From NCBI GenBank assembly GCA_900548115.1, contig URJL01000001.1:17818-81817 (forward strand): 64,000 nt of DNA, read 5' to 3'. The notes beneath the pieces were generated by a model. It ran no database searches and was not told the origin of the DNA. It was given only the letters and a program-made list of their open reading frames with translations. Of this stretch, positions 1 through 8,400 are shown piece by piece (within the stretch, counting starts at the first letter, position 1; the number at the start of each line of letters is the position of its first letter). Position numbers and translations under genes: made by a program. The stretch is from an uncultured Eubacteriales bacterium (GTDB lineage Bacteria > Bacillota > Clostridia > Oscillospirales > CAG-382).

Positions 1-597
1 ACGAAAACCGAGCTTGAGATCGCCGAAAAGATAAACGCGCTGAAAGTGCCCGCGGTTTTGGTCATCAACAAAGCCGACGATTACAAAAAGACCAAAATTC
101 TGACCACCATCGAGAACTTCAAAGATCTTTGCGATTTCAAATCGATCATCCCCATCTCGGCGCTCGAAAACGACGGCGTGGACATCGTGCTGTCCGAGCT
201 TTCACCGTTTTTGAAGAACGAGCCGTGGTATTTTGCCCCCGATATGCTCACCGATCAGCCCGTGCGTCAAATCGCCGCCGAGGTCATCCGCGAAAAAGTC
301 CTTCGCCTTCTGGACGATGAGATCCCGCACGGCGTCGCCGTCGTGATCGAGGATTTCGACGAGCAGAAAAATCTGATTAAGATCCGCGCCGAGCTTTATT
401 GCGAAAAAGAAGCGCACAAAAAGATCATCATCGGCAAAAACGGCGAAACCCTGAAAAAGATCGGAACGTATGCCCGCGAGGATCTCGAAGCCTTCTTCGA
501 AAAGAAGATCTACCTCGATCTTTGGGTCAAGGTAAAGGAAAACTGGCGCGACAGCATAATGAATCTCAACCGTCTCGGCTTCCGCGAGGATCGGTAA
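1..597 (+). CDS. era: GTPase Era, C-terminal part (gene begins upstream of the window)
   Basis: Frame 1 is open from nt 1. G4 motif NKAD (VINKAD), then a KH-like C-terminus (IIIGKNGETLKKIG). recO follows, as in the conserved era-recO arrangement. Confidence 0.9.
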   Translation, partial: TKTELEIAEKINALKVPAVLVINKADDYKKTKILTTIENFKDLCDFKSIIPISALENDGVDIVLSELSPFLKNEPWYFAPDMLTDQPVRQIAAEVIREKVLRLLDDEIPHGVAVVIEDFDEQKNLIKIRAELYCEKEAHKKIIIGKNGETLKKIGTYAREDLEAFFEKKIYLDLWVKVKENWRDSIMNLNRLGFREDR

Positions 598-603
598 AGC
601 GCT

Positions 604-1410
604 ATGGAGCTTACCGTTTCGGGCATCGTTCTGCGCGACACGCTGTACGGAGAGAACGACAAGATTCTGACTTTTCTGACGGGCGAGCTCGGAAAGATCT
701 CGGTCTACGCGCGGGGCGTCAAGAGCATCAACAGCAAAAACTCCCCCGCCGTTCAGCTTTTGTGCTATTCCTCTTTCGAGCTTCACGAAAAAAACGGGCG
801 GTATCTTTTGACGGGCGCGGAGGCGCTGGACAGCCATTACGCCATCCGAAGCGACCTTGACCGCTTCGCCCTCGCCTGCTATTTTGCCGAGGTCGCCGAC
901 ACCGTCTGCACCGAAAACAGCGACGAGAGCGAAATGCTGCGCCTTTTGCTCAACTGTCTTTATGCCGCAGAGCATGGTATTTCGCCCCTTTTGAAGATCA
1001 AAGCGGCGTTTGAGATGCAATGCATGATTCTTTCGGGCTTTATGCCCGATCTTGAGGAATGCGCCGAATGCGGAAAGCCCGCCGTCGATTCGACCGACAA
1101 ATTCGGGCGGTATCTGTTTTCTTATTCCGACGGCGCGTTTTTGTGTCCCGCCTGCCTTGCGCAGCGTGCGCGGAAGGATGCGATCCCGCTTCGTCCCGAA
1201 ACGGTCGAGACCCTGCGCGGGATGCTGCGCTATCGGCAAAATCAATGTCTTCGTTTTTCGGTCTGTCCCGAAACCGCGCACGAGCTGTACGGCGTGTGCG
1301 AAGCGTATCTTTCCCGCCAGACGGGAAAGCATTACAAAACGGCGGACTTTTTCCACAGCACGTACGACCCCTCCGCCGAACAAAAGAAAGGCGTAAAGCA
1401 AAACCCATGA
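604..1410 (+). CDS. recO: DNA repair protein RecO
   Basis: 268 aa. N-terminal OB-fold-like sequence (VLRDTLYGENDKILTFLTGELGKISVYARG) and a C-terminal Zn motif CAECG...CPAC. Sits directly after era. Confidence 0.9.
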   Translation: MELTVSGIVLRDTLYGENDKILTFLTGELGKISVYARGVKSINSKNSPAVQLLCYSSFELHEKNGRYLLTGAEALDSHYAIRSDLDRFALACYFAEVADTVCTENSDESEMLRLLLNCLYAAEHGISPLLKIKAAFEMQCMILSGFMPDLEECAECGKPAVDSTDKFGRYLFSYSDGAFLCPACLAQRARKDAIPLRPETVETLRGMLRYRQNQCLRFSVCPETAHELYGVCEAYLSRQTGKHYKTADFFHSTYDPSAEQKKGVKQNP

Positions 1411-3863
1411 CAGAAGAAAAATACGGTGCCGCAAGCGGCACGAAAAAAGAGGACGGAAGCGGTATTTTTTATTCCGACGACACGGATATTTTCACCGCGC
1501 GCGGATTTCAAAAAGCCGCCGTCTCTTTGGAATTTGATAAAATACGCGAAATGCTGTGCGACTGCACGGGCGTCGAGGGCGCGCGGGAAATACTCGGCTC
1601 GCTTTCCCCGTCGGTGTCGCTTGCGCACATCCGCGAAATGCAAAAACAGACCACCGAAGCAAAGACCCTTGCGCAAACGAAAGGCGCACCCTCCTTCGGC
1701 GGCGTAAAAAACATTAAAAATGCGCTGGAGCGTTGCGAAAAAGGCGCGTGCTTAAACCGCGCGGAGCTTTTGATGATCGCGGGCGTTTTACAGTCGACCC
1801 GAAGCGTCAGCGACTATTTTTCCTCCTATCGCGGCGCGGAAATATCCCTTTCCGAGATCGCAAAAACGCTTTCTCCCAACAAATTTCTGGAGGAAAAAAT
1901 AACCGGCGCCGTCGTTTCGGAGGAAGTCATGGCGGACACCGCCTCGGACGAGCTTTATGCGATTCGGCGCAAAATGCGCTCCGCCTCCGACCGCATCCGC
2001 GAAACGCTTCAAAAATACGTTTCGGGCGGCGGCTCGAAATATTTGCAGGAAAACATCGTCACCACCCGCAACGGCCGCTTCGTCGTGCCGGTAAAATCCG
2101 AATACCGAAGCGAGATCAAGGGCTTGGTTCACGACACCTCCGCAAGCGGCGCGACGCTTTTCGTCGAGCCGATGAGCGTCGTCGAAGCGAACAACGAAAT
2201 CCGTGTTTTGAAGGCGAAAGAAGAAGCCGAGATCGAGCGGATTCTTTACGAGCTTTCGGCGGAATGCGCCCGCTTTTCGGGAGCGCTCAGACAAAATTAC
2301 GAAAACCTCTGCCTTTTGGCGTCGATCTTTGCCAAAGCCGAGCTTTCCTTCCGCATGGACGCGTGCGAGCCGATTCTTTCGTCCAAACAGCACGTCGATC
2401 TAAAATGTGCGCGCCATCCGCTTTTGGACAAGGACAAGGTCGTGCCCATCGATGTGCCGCTCGGCAAAAATTACACCCTGCTCGTCATCACGGGTCCCAA
2501 CACGGGCGGCAAGACCGTCACCTTAAAAACGCTCGGTCTTTTGTCGATGATGGCGCAGTGCGGACTGCATATTCCCGTCGGGGACGGCTCGGTCGTACCC
2601 GTATTTGACTCGATTCTCGCCGACATCGGCGACGAGCAGAGCATCGAACAGTCGCTCTCCACCTTCTCGGCGCACATGGTCAACATCGTCGGAATCTTAA
2701 AAAAGATCACGCCGCATTCGCTCGTTTTGTTCGACGAGCTGGGCGCGGGCACCGACCCCATCGAGGGCGCGGCGCTTGCCGAGGCGATCTTGGAGACCGT
2801 GCGGAAAAAGGGCTGTCTCTGCGCCGCAACGACGCATTATGCCGAACTGAAAGCCTATGCCCTTTCGACCGACGGCGTTTCGAATGCCTGCTGTGAATTC
2901 AACGTCGAGACCCTCCGTCCGACCTATCGTCTGATGATCGGACTCCCGGGAAAATCCAACGCGTTTGCCATCGCCGAACGACTCGGCATCCCGCAGGAGA
3001 TCATCGACTGCGCAAAGGGCGGCGTCGAGGGCGATACGCGGCGTTTCGAATCGCTCATCGAGCAGCTGGAAAACGAAAAATCGCATTACGAAATCGAAAA
3101 AGAAAAAGCCAAAAAGCTCCGCGAGGAGCTGAGCGCGATGCACCAAAAGACCCGCGAGGAGCGCGAGCGTTTTAACAAGCGGCTGGAAGCCGAAAACGAG
3201 CGGGCGGAGGAAAAAGCGCGCAGAATGGTCGAGCAGGCGCGCGCTTCGGCGGATTATATCTTCGCCGAGCTTGACCGCATCAAGAAGCAAAAGGACAGCG
3301 AGCACTTTGCCGAAAACCTCGAAAAAGCAAAGCTTGACGTAAAGCAAAAGCTGAATTCGTCCGAGAAAAAGCTCGGCTCGGTCGCAAGCAAGATCGAGGA
3401 GGACTATGTTCTCCCCCGCGAGCTTCGCCCCGGCGACACGGTGCTTTTGCGCGATATCAACAAACAAGGCGTCGTTCTCTCGGTCGACGGCAAAAACGTG
3501 ACGGTTCGGGCGGGCATTATTCAGACCAAGACCAAGCTCCAAAACCTCATGCTCGTCGAGCAGAAGGCAACCCCCGAGAAAAATCTCACCCGCACGAGCG
3601 CGCCGAAAACGGCGCTTGATGTCCGCACCGAACTCGATGTGCGCGGCATGATCGGCGACGACGCATGGTTCATGGTCGACAAATTTTTGGACGACGCCGT
3701 GCTTGCACGGCTCGAGCAGGTCACGATCATTCACGGCAAGGGTACGGGCGCGCTCCGCGCCTCGCTCACGAGCCGTCTGCGGCATGACAGCCGTGTCAAG
3801 AGTCTGCGCCCCGGCATGTTCGGCGAAGGCGACAGCGGCGTTACCGTCGTGACGCTGAAATAA
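1407..3863 (+). CDS. mutS2: Endonuclease MutS2 (MutS ATPase plus C-terminal Smr domain)
   Basis: Walker A GPNTGGKT, MutS-type ATPase core (LVLFDELGAGTDP), coiled-coil region and an Smr tail (LDVRG...IIHGKGTGALR). The ATG at 1407 overlaps the recO stop (ATGA). The tracked ORF start at 1059 lies inside recO in another frame. Confidence 0.9.
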   Translation: MTEEKYGAASGTKKEDGSGIFYSDDTDIFTARGFQKAAVSLEFDKIREMLCDCTGVEGAREILGSLSPSVSLAHIREMQKQTTEAKTLAQTKGAPSFGGVKNIKNALERCEKGACLNRAELLMIAGVLQSTRSVSDYFSSYRGAEISLSEIAKTLSPNKFLEEKITGAVVSEEVMADTASDELYAIRRKMRSASDRIRETLQKYVSGGGSKYLQENIVTTRNGRFVVPVKSEYRSEIKGLVHDTSASGATLFVEPMSVVEANNEIRVLKAKEEAEIERILYELSAECARFSGALRQNYENLCLLASIFAKAELSFRMDACEPILSSKQHVDLKCARHPLLDKDKVVPIDVPLGKNYTLLVITGPNTGGKTVTLKTLGLLSMMAQCGLHIPVGDGSVVPVFDSILADIGDEQSIEQSLSTFSAHMVNIVGILKKITPHSLVLFDELGAGTDPIEGAALAEAILETVRKKGCLCAATTHYAELKAYALSTDGVSNACCEFNVETLRPTYRLMIGLPGKSNAFAIAERLGIPQEIIDCAKGGVEGDTRRFESLIEQLENEKSHYEIEKEKAKKLREELSAMHQKTREERERFNKRLEAENERAEEKARRMVEQARASADYIFAELDRIKKQKDSEHFAENLEKAKLDVKQKLNSSEKKLGSVASKIEEDYVLPRELRPGDTVLLRDINKQGVVLSVDGKNVTVRAGIIQTKTKLQNLMLVEQKATPEKNLTRTSAPKTALDVRTELDVRGMIGDDAWFMVDKFLDDAVLARLEQVTIIHGKGTGALRASLTSRLRHDSRVKSLRPGMFGEGDSGVTVVTLK

Positions 3864-3955
3864 GCGCGAAAAAATCGGTTTTCGGCAAAAAAATGCCTTT
3901 TCGGGCGGCTTTTTTGCAACTTGCTTGCCGTTGCCGACTTCTTTTTAAAAGGTTC

Positions 3956-3984
3956 TTACCAAAACGCTTTCGGTTTGCTATAAT
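3956..3984 (+). promoter_or_regulatory. Sigma-70-type promoter for the isomerase/kinase pair (-35 TTACCA, 17 nt spacer, -10 TATAAT preceded by TGC)
   Basis: Hand-aligned hexamers at 3956-3961 and 3979-3984. A 6-bp GC hairpin (CCCCGC..GCGGGG, about 4003-4021) lies between it and the RBS. Confidence 0.5.
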
Positions 3985-4036
3985 GTCTCCATACTAAAAA
4001 AGTCCCCGCGGAAAATGCGGGGCGGGAGTGTGCTTT

Positions 4037-4816
4037 ATGGAACAGAAAATGAAACTCGGACTTCAGCTTTATACCCTGCGCAATTTCACCAAAACGCCGG
4101 AGGATTTTCTCTCGACAATGGAAAAGGTCGCCAAGATCGGCTACCGCTATGTTCAGGTATCGGGCGTAGGTCCCGACGTAAACGCCGCGGTCATTCGCAA
4201 GGCGAAGGAAAACACGGGTCTTGAGGTGGTCATTACCCATACCCCGTTTGACAAGATCCAAAACGAGACCGAAAAGGTGATCGAGGATCACGCCTCCTTC
4301 GGCTGTAAGATCATCGGTCTCGGCATGGCGCCGCACGAATATGTCGACTCTGCCGACGGCTACCGTCGTTTTGCCGATGTCATTGCCCCGGCGGTCGAAA
4401 AGATCAAAGCCGCCGGCATGGTCTTCAGCTATCATAACCATTACCATGAATTTGCCAAGAAAAACGGAAAGCATTTCGTGGAATACTTTATCGAAAACAC
4501 CGACCGCGAAGCGGTCAAGCTCACAGCGGACGTTTACTGGCTCCACTACGCCGGTCTTGACGAATGCGCGTGGCTTTCCGAGCACAAGGACCGCATTTCG
4601 TGTACCCATTTCAAAGACATGGGCGTACATGAGCAGAAGCAGTGCATGATCGAAGTCATGGAGGGAAATCTTCCGTACCCGAAGATCCTTGCCACCTGCC
4701 GCGACGCGGGACTGCTGTATCATTTCGTCGAGCTGGACGAAACACGGATCGACCCCTTTGAGGCGATCAAAATCAGTTATCGAAATCTCAAAAATACGGG
4801 ATTTTTTGAAAAATAA
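4037..4816 (+). CDS. Sugar phosphate isomerase/epimerase (xylose-isomerase-like TIM barrel family)
   Basis: About 259 aa. The N-terminus KLGLQLYTLR is typical of AP-endonuclease-2/xylose-isomerase-like TIM barrels. A GGGAG RBS lies 8 nt before the ATG at 4037. Confidence 0.75.
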   Translation: MEQKMKLGLQLYTLRNFTKTPEDFLSTMEKVAKIGYRYVQVSGVGPDVNAAVIRKAKENTGLEVVITHTPFDKIQNETEKVIEDHASFGCKIIGLGMAPHEYVDSADGYRRFADVIAPAVEKIKAAGMVFSYHNHYHEFAKKNGKHFVEYFIENTDREAVKLTADVYWLHYAGLDECAWLSEHKDRISCTHFKDMGVHEQKQCMIEVMEGNLPYPKILATCRDAGLLYHFVELDETRIDPFEAIKISYRNLKNTGFFEK

Positions 4817-4839
4817 TCATCATCACGGAGGAAAAAATC

Positions 4840-6321
4840 GTGGCAACTTTGAAAATGCTCGCCATCGACCTCGGCGCTTCCAGCGGCCGCGGCATGGTCG
4901 GTAAATTTGACGGACAGAAAATCACTCTTGAGGAAGTACACCGTTTCCCGAACGGACCGGTCAACTTAAACGGAAGTCTTTATTGGGACATTCTGCGCAC
5001 CTTCGGCGAGATCAAAAGCGCGCTTCACAACTGCGCTCTTTCCGACAACCGCGACATCGCGTCGATGGGTATCGACACGTGGGGCGTCGACTACGGGCTT
5101 TTGGACAAAAGCGGAAAGCTTTTGGAAAACCCTTACTGCTACCGCGACGAGCGCACAACAAAGGGAATCATGGAGGAACTTTTCCGCGTTATCCCCAAGG
5201 AGGAGCTTTACCGCATTACCGGAACGCAGTTCTTGAATTTCAACACGATTTATCAGCTCTATACCCTGGTGAAAGAGCGTCCCGAAGCGCTGTCGAACGC
5301 AAGCGATATGCTCTTTATCCCCGACCTTTTGAAATATTTCCTCACCGGTGTAAAGCAGACCGAGTACACCATCGCCTCGACCTCGCAGATGCTTTCCGCC
5401 GCCGAGCGCAGCTGGGCATATGACGTCACCGACAAGCTCGGAATCCCCCGCAGACTTCTCGGTGAGATCGTCGCGCCCGGAAGCATTTGCGGCAAGCTTC
5501 TCCCCGCCGTTCGCGAGGAGATCGGCGGAATCGACCCGAAGATCATCAACGTCGCCTCGCACGACACGGCGGCTGCGGTTGTCGCCGTTCCGTCGCAGAA
5601 GGACGACTTTATCTACATCTCGAGCGGAACATGGTCGCTGATGGGCAAGGAGCTTTCCGAACCCTGCACGACCGAAAAAGCCTTCGGCTACGACATTACC
5701 AACGAGGGCGGCGCAGAGCGCAAGATTCGTTTCTTAAAGAACATAATGGGACTTTGGATCGAGCAGGAATCCCGCCGTCAGTGGCAGCGTCAGGGCGAGG
5801 ACGTTTCCTTTAACGAGCTTTCGGACGCCGCCGTTGCCTCCGAGCCGCTCAAGTGCCTGATCAACCCCGACGATCTTTCTTTCCAGACCCCCGGCAATAT
5901 GCCCCTCCGTATTCAGGAATACTGCGAGAAGACTGGACAATATGTTCCCCGGACCAAGGGCGAGATCGTCCGCTGCATCTTCGACAGCCTTGCCATGTGC
6001 TATCGCCGCACGGTGGAAATGATGGACGACGTTACGGGCAAAAAGACCCCGTTTATCAACATCGTCGGCGGCGGAACCAAGGAAGAGCCGCTTTGCCGTC
6101 TCACCGCCGACGCCTGCGGACGTCCGGTCTATACCGGTCCCGTTGAGGCGACCGCGCTCGGCAACATCGCCGTTCAGGCGATCGCGCTCGGCGAGCTTCG
6201 CGACGTAAAGGAAGCGCGCAGCGTCATTGCCGATTCGTTTGAGATCAAGTGCTTCGAGCCGCACAACACCGAAATGTGGGATGCCGGCTACGAAAAATTC
6301 TTAAAGCTTTTGAATAAGTAA
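4840..6321 (+). CDS. rhaB: Rhamnulokinase-like FGGY carbohydrate kinase
   Basis: N-terminus LAIDLGASSGRGMVGKF...LEEVHRFPNG closely parallels E. coli RhaB (AVDLGASSGRVMLA...LREIHRFNNG). FGGY C-terminal block IVGGGTKEEPLCRLTADACGRPV. GTG start with a GGAGG RBS. Confidence 0.75.
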   Translation: MATLKMLAIDLGASSGRGMVGKFDGQKITLEEVHRFPNGPVNLNGSLYWDILRTFGEIKSALHNCALSDNRDIASMGIDTWGVDYGLLDKSGKLLENPYCYRDERTTKGIMEELFRVIPKEELYRITGTQFLNFNTIYQLYTLVKERPEALSNASDMLFIPDLLKYFLTGVKQTEYTIASTSQMLSAAERSWAYDVTDKLGIPRRLLGEIVAPGSICGKLLPAVREEIGGIDPKIINVASHDTAAAVVAVPSQKDDFIYISSGTWSLMGKELSEPCTTEKAFGYDITNEGGAERKIRFLKNIMGLWIEQESRRQWQRQGEDVSFNELSDAAVASEPLKCLINPDDLSFQTPGNMPLRIQEYCEKTGQYVPRTKGEIVRCIFDSLAMCYRRTVEMMDDVTGKKTPFINIVGGGTKEEPLCRLTADACGRPVYTGPVEATALGNIAVQAIALGELRDVKEARSVIADSFEIKCFEPHNTEMWDAGYEKFLKLLNK

Positions 6322-6341
6322 TCGAAAGGATCGGGATCTTT

Positions 6342-7805
6342 ATGACCGAACGCAATCTTTCTCTGTTGTGCGATTTTTATGAGCTTACCATGGCGAACGG
6401 CTATTTTGTCCGCGGCATGGGCGATAAAATCGCGTATTTCGACGTGTTTTTCCGCTCGATTCCCGACGGCGGCGGTTATGCGATCGCGGCGGGGCTGGAG
6501 CAGATCATCGAATATGTAAAAGATCTTCATTTTTCCGACGGGGACATTGCCTTTTTGCGGGAAAAGAAGCTGTTTTCGGAGGATTTTCTGCGCTATCTTC
6601 GGGGTTTTCGTTTCACGGGCGACATTTTTGCCGTTCCCGAGGGAACGCCCGTCTTTCCGAACGAGCCGCTTTTGACGGTGCGCGCTCCCTCCGCACAGGC
6701 ACAGCTTCTTGAGACCTATCTTCTTCTCGCGCTGAATCATCAGTCGCTCATCGCGACCAAAGCCAACCGCATCGTGCGGGCGGCGCAGGGACGGACGGTT
6801 TTGGAATTCGGCTCGCGCCGCGCTCAAGGAGCGGACGCCGCCGTGATCGGTGCGCGCGCCGCATACATCGGCGGCTGCGGCGGAACGGCATGCACGCTTA
6901 CCGACCGTCTTTACGGCGTCCCGGCGGGCGGAACCATCGCCCACTCGTGGGTGCAGATGTTTGACTCGGAATACGAAGCGTTTGCCGCCTACTGCGAGAT
7001 TTATCCGACCAACGTAACACTGCTTGTCGACACCTACAACACCCTGAAAAGCGGTGTTCCGAACGCGATTCGGGCATTTAAAGAAATTTTGATCCCAAAG
7101 GGAATCGATCACTTCGCCATCCGTCTCGATTCGGGCGATATTTCGTATCTTTCCAAAAAAGCGCGCGAAATGCTGGATGAGGCGGGCTTGCCGCAGTGTA
7201 AGATCGTCGCCTCCAACGCGCTCGACGAATATCTCATCCGCGACCTGATGATGCAGGGCGCAAAGGTCGATCTTTTCGGCGTGGGCGAACGGCTGATCAC
7301 CGCCAAGAGCGATCCCGTGTTCGGCTGTGTATACAAGCTTTGCGCCGTTGAGGACGAAAGCGGAAACATTATTCCGAAGATCAAAATCAGCGAAAACACG
7401 GCGAAGATCACCAACCCGCACTACAAAAAGCTGTATCGCTATTACGACAAAGAAAGCGGCAAGGCGCTTGCCGACGAGCTTTGCATTTGGAACGAGACGG
7501 TGGACGAAAACGCCCCGCGCACCATTTTTGACCCGAACGCGGTCTGGAAGACCAAAACGCTTGAAAACTTCACGGCGCGCGAGCTTCTCGTTCCGATCTT
7601 CAAAAACGGAGAATGCGTTTACGAAAGTCCGTCGCTCCCCGAGATACGCGCTTATTGCGCCGAGCAGATCGAGACGCTTTGGGATGAAGTCAAGCGGTTT
7701 GAAAATCCGCACACCTATTACGTCGACCTTTCCGAAGCGCTGTGGAACGAAAAAACCGGACTTTTGGCAAAGGCGCGCGGCTGGTGGTATGGAAAGAATC
7801 GATAA
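6342..7805 (+). CDS. pncB: Nicotinate phosphoribosyltransferase
   Basis: 487 aa. N-terminus LLCDFYELTMANGYF and the block GTIAHSWVQ are characteristic of the NAPRTase family. Confidence 0.9.
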   Translation: MTERNLSLLCDFYELTMANGYFVRGMGDKIAYFDVFFRSIPDGGGYAIAAGLEQIIEYVKDLHFSDGDIAFLREKKLFSEDFLRYLRGFRFTGDIFAVPEGTPVFPNEPLLTVRAPSAQAQLLETYLLLALNHQSLIATKANRIVRAAQGRTVLEFGSRRAQGADAAVIGARAAYIGGCGGTACTLTDRLYGVPAGGTIAHSWVQMFDSEYEAFAAYCEIYPTNVTLLVDTYNTLKSGVPNAIRAFKEILIPKGIDHFAIRLDSGDISYLSKKAREMLDEAGLPQCKIVASNALDEYLIRDLMMQGAKVDLFGVGERLITAKSDPVFGCVYKLCAVEDESGNIIPKIKISENTAKITNPHYKKLYRYYDKESGKALADELCIWNETVDENAPRTIFDPNAVWKTKTLENFTARELLVPIFKNGECVYESPSLPEIRAYCAEQIETLWDEVKRFENPHTYYVDLSEALWNEKTGLLAKARGWWYGKNR

Positions 7806-7821
7806 GAAAAGAGGAATTTTT

Positions 7822-8304
7822 ATGATAAAAGCAATTATTGAAATGGAAAACGGAAAAACCATGACCCTCGAGCTTTATCCCGACAAGGCTCCGATCACGG
7901 TGAAAAACTTTGTCGACCTTGCCGAAAAAGGCTTTTATGACGGGCTGATCTTTCATCGCGTTATCGAAGGCTTTATGATCCAGGGCGGCGACCCCGACGG
8001 CACGGGCTGCGGCGGTCCCGGTTACTCGATCAAGGGCGAATTTTCCTCGAACGGCGTGAAAAACGACTTAAAGCATACGCGCGGCGTCATCTCGATGGCG
8101 CGCTCCATGGCGCCCGATTCCGCCGGTTCGCAGTTCTTCATCATGCATGAGGACGCGCCGCATCTCGACGGTCAGTACGCCGCCTTCGGGAAGCTGATCG
8201 ACGGCTTCGAAACGCTGGACGAAATCGCCGAGACCCCCACGGGCCGTGCCGACCGTCCGAAAACCGAACAGAAAATGAAGTCCGTCACGATCGTAAAGGA
8301 ATGA
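7822..8304 (+). CDS. ppiB: Peptidyl-prolyl cis-trans isomerase, cyclophilin type
   Basis: Cyclophilin motifs FHRVIEGFMIQGGDP and SMARS...GSQFFI. The ATG at 7822 is preceded by AAGAGGA. The upstream part of the tracked ORF (7327-) overlaps pncB out of frame. Confidence 0.9.
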   Translation: MIKAIIEMENGKTMTLELYPDKAPITVKNFVDLAEKGFYDGLIFHRVIEGFMIQGGDPDGTGCGGPGYSIKGEFSSNGVKNDLKHTRGVISMARSMAPDSAGSQFFIMHEDAPHLDGQYAAFGKLIDGFETLDEIAETPTGRADRPKTEQKMKSVTIVKE

Positions 8305-8328
8305 TCGTGAAAGAATCACCGAAAAACA

Positions 8329-8370
8329 GTTCACCCCCGCGACCAGTGTGCCGCGGGGGTGAATCTTTCT
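8329..8370 (+). terminator. Rho-independent terminator after ppiB
   Basis: 12-bp stem TTCACCCCCGCG / CGCGGGGGTGAA with a 10-nt loop, followed by the T-rich run TCTTTCTTT. Confidence 0.7.
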
Positions 8371-8400
8371 TTGCCGTCTTTCGCAAACAGCGAAAGATCT

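Noticed and set aside
1059-1406. N-terminal extension of the MutS2 ORF. Analogous upstream extensions of tracked ORFs occur at 51924-52148 (adhE), 7327-7821 (ppiB), 12578-12802 (RluA), 43054-43119 (pnp), 16546-16662, 17946-18014, 23759-23872, 32255-32332 and 40072-40128.
   Set aside because: The extensions overlap the preceding gene or intergenic promoters, are Arg-rich nonsense, and lack an RBS. A downstream ATG/GTG/TTG with a Shine-Dalgarno sequence coincides with the start of the conserved domain.
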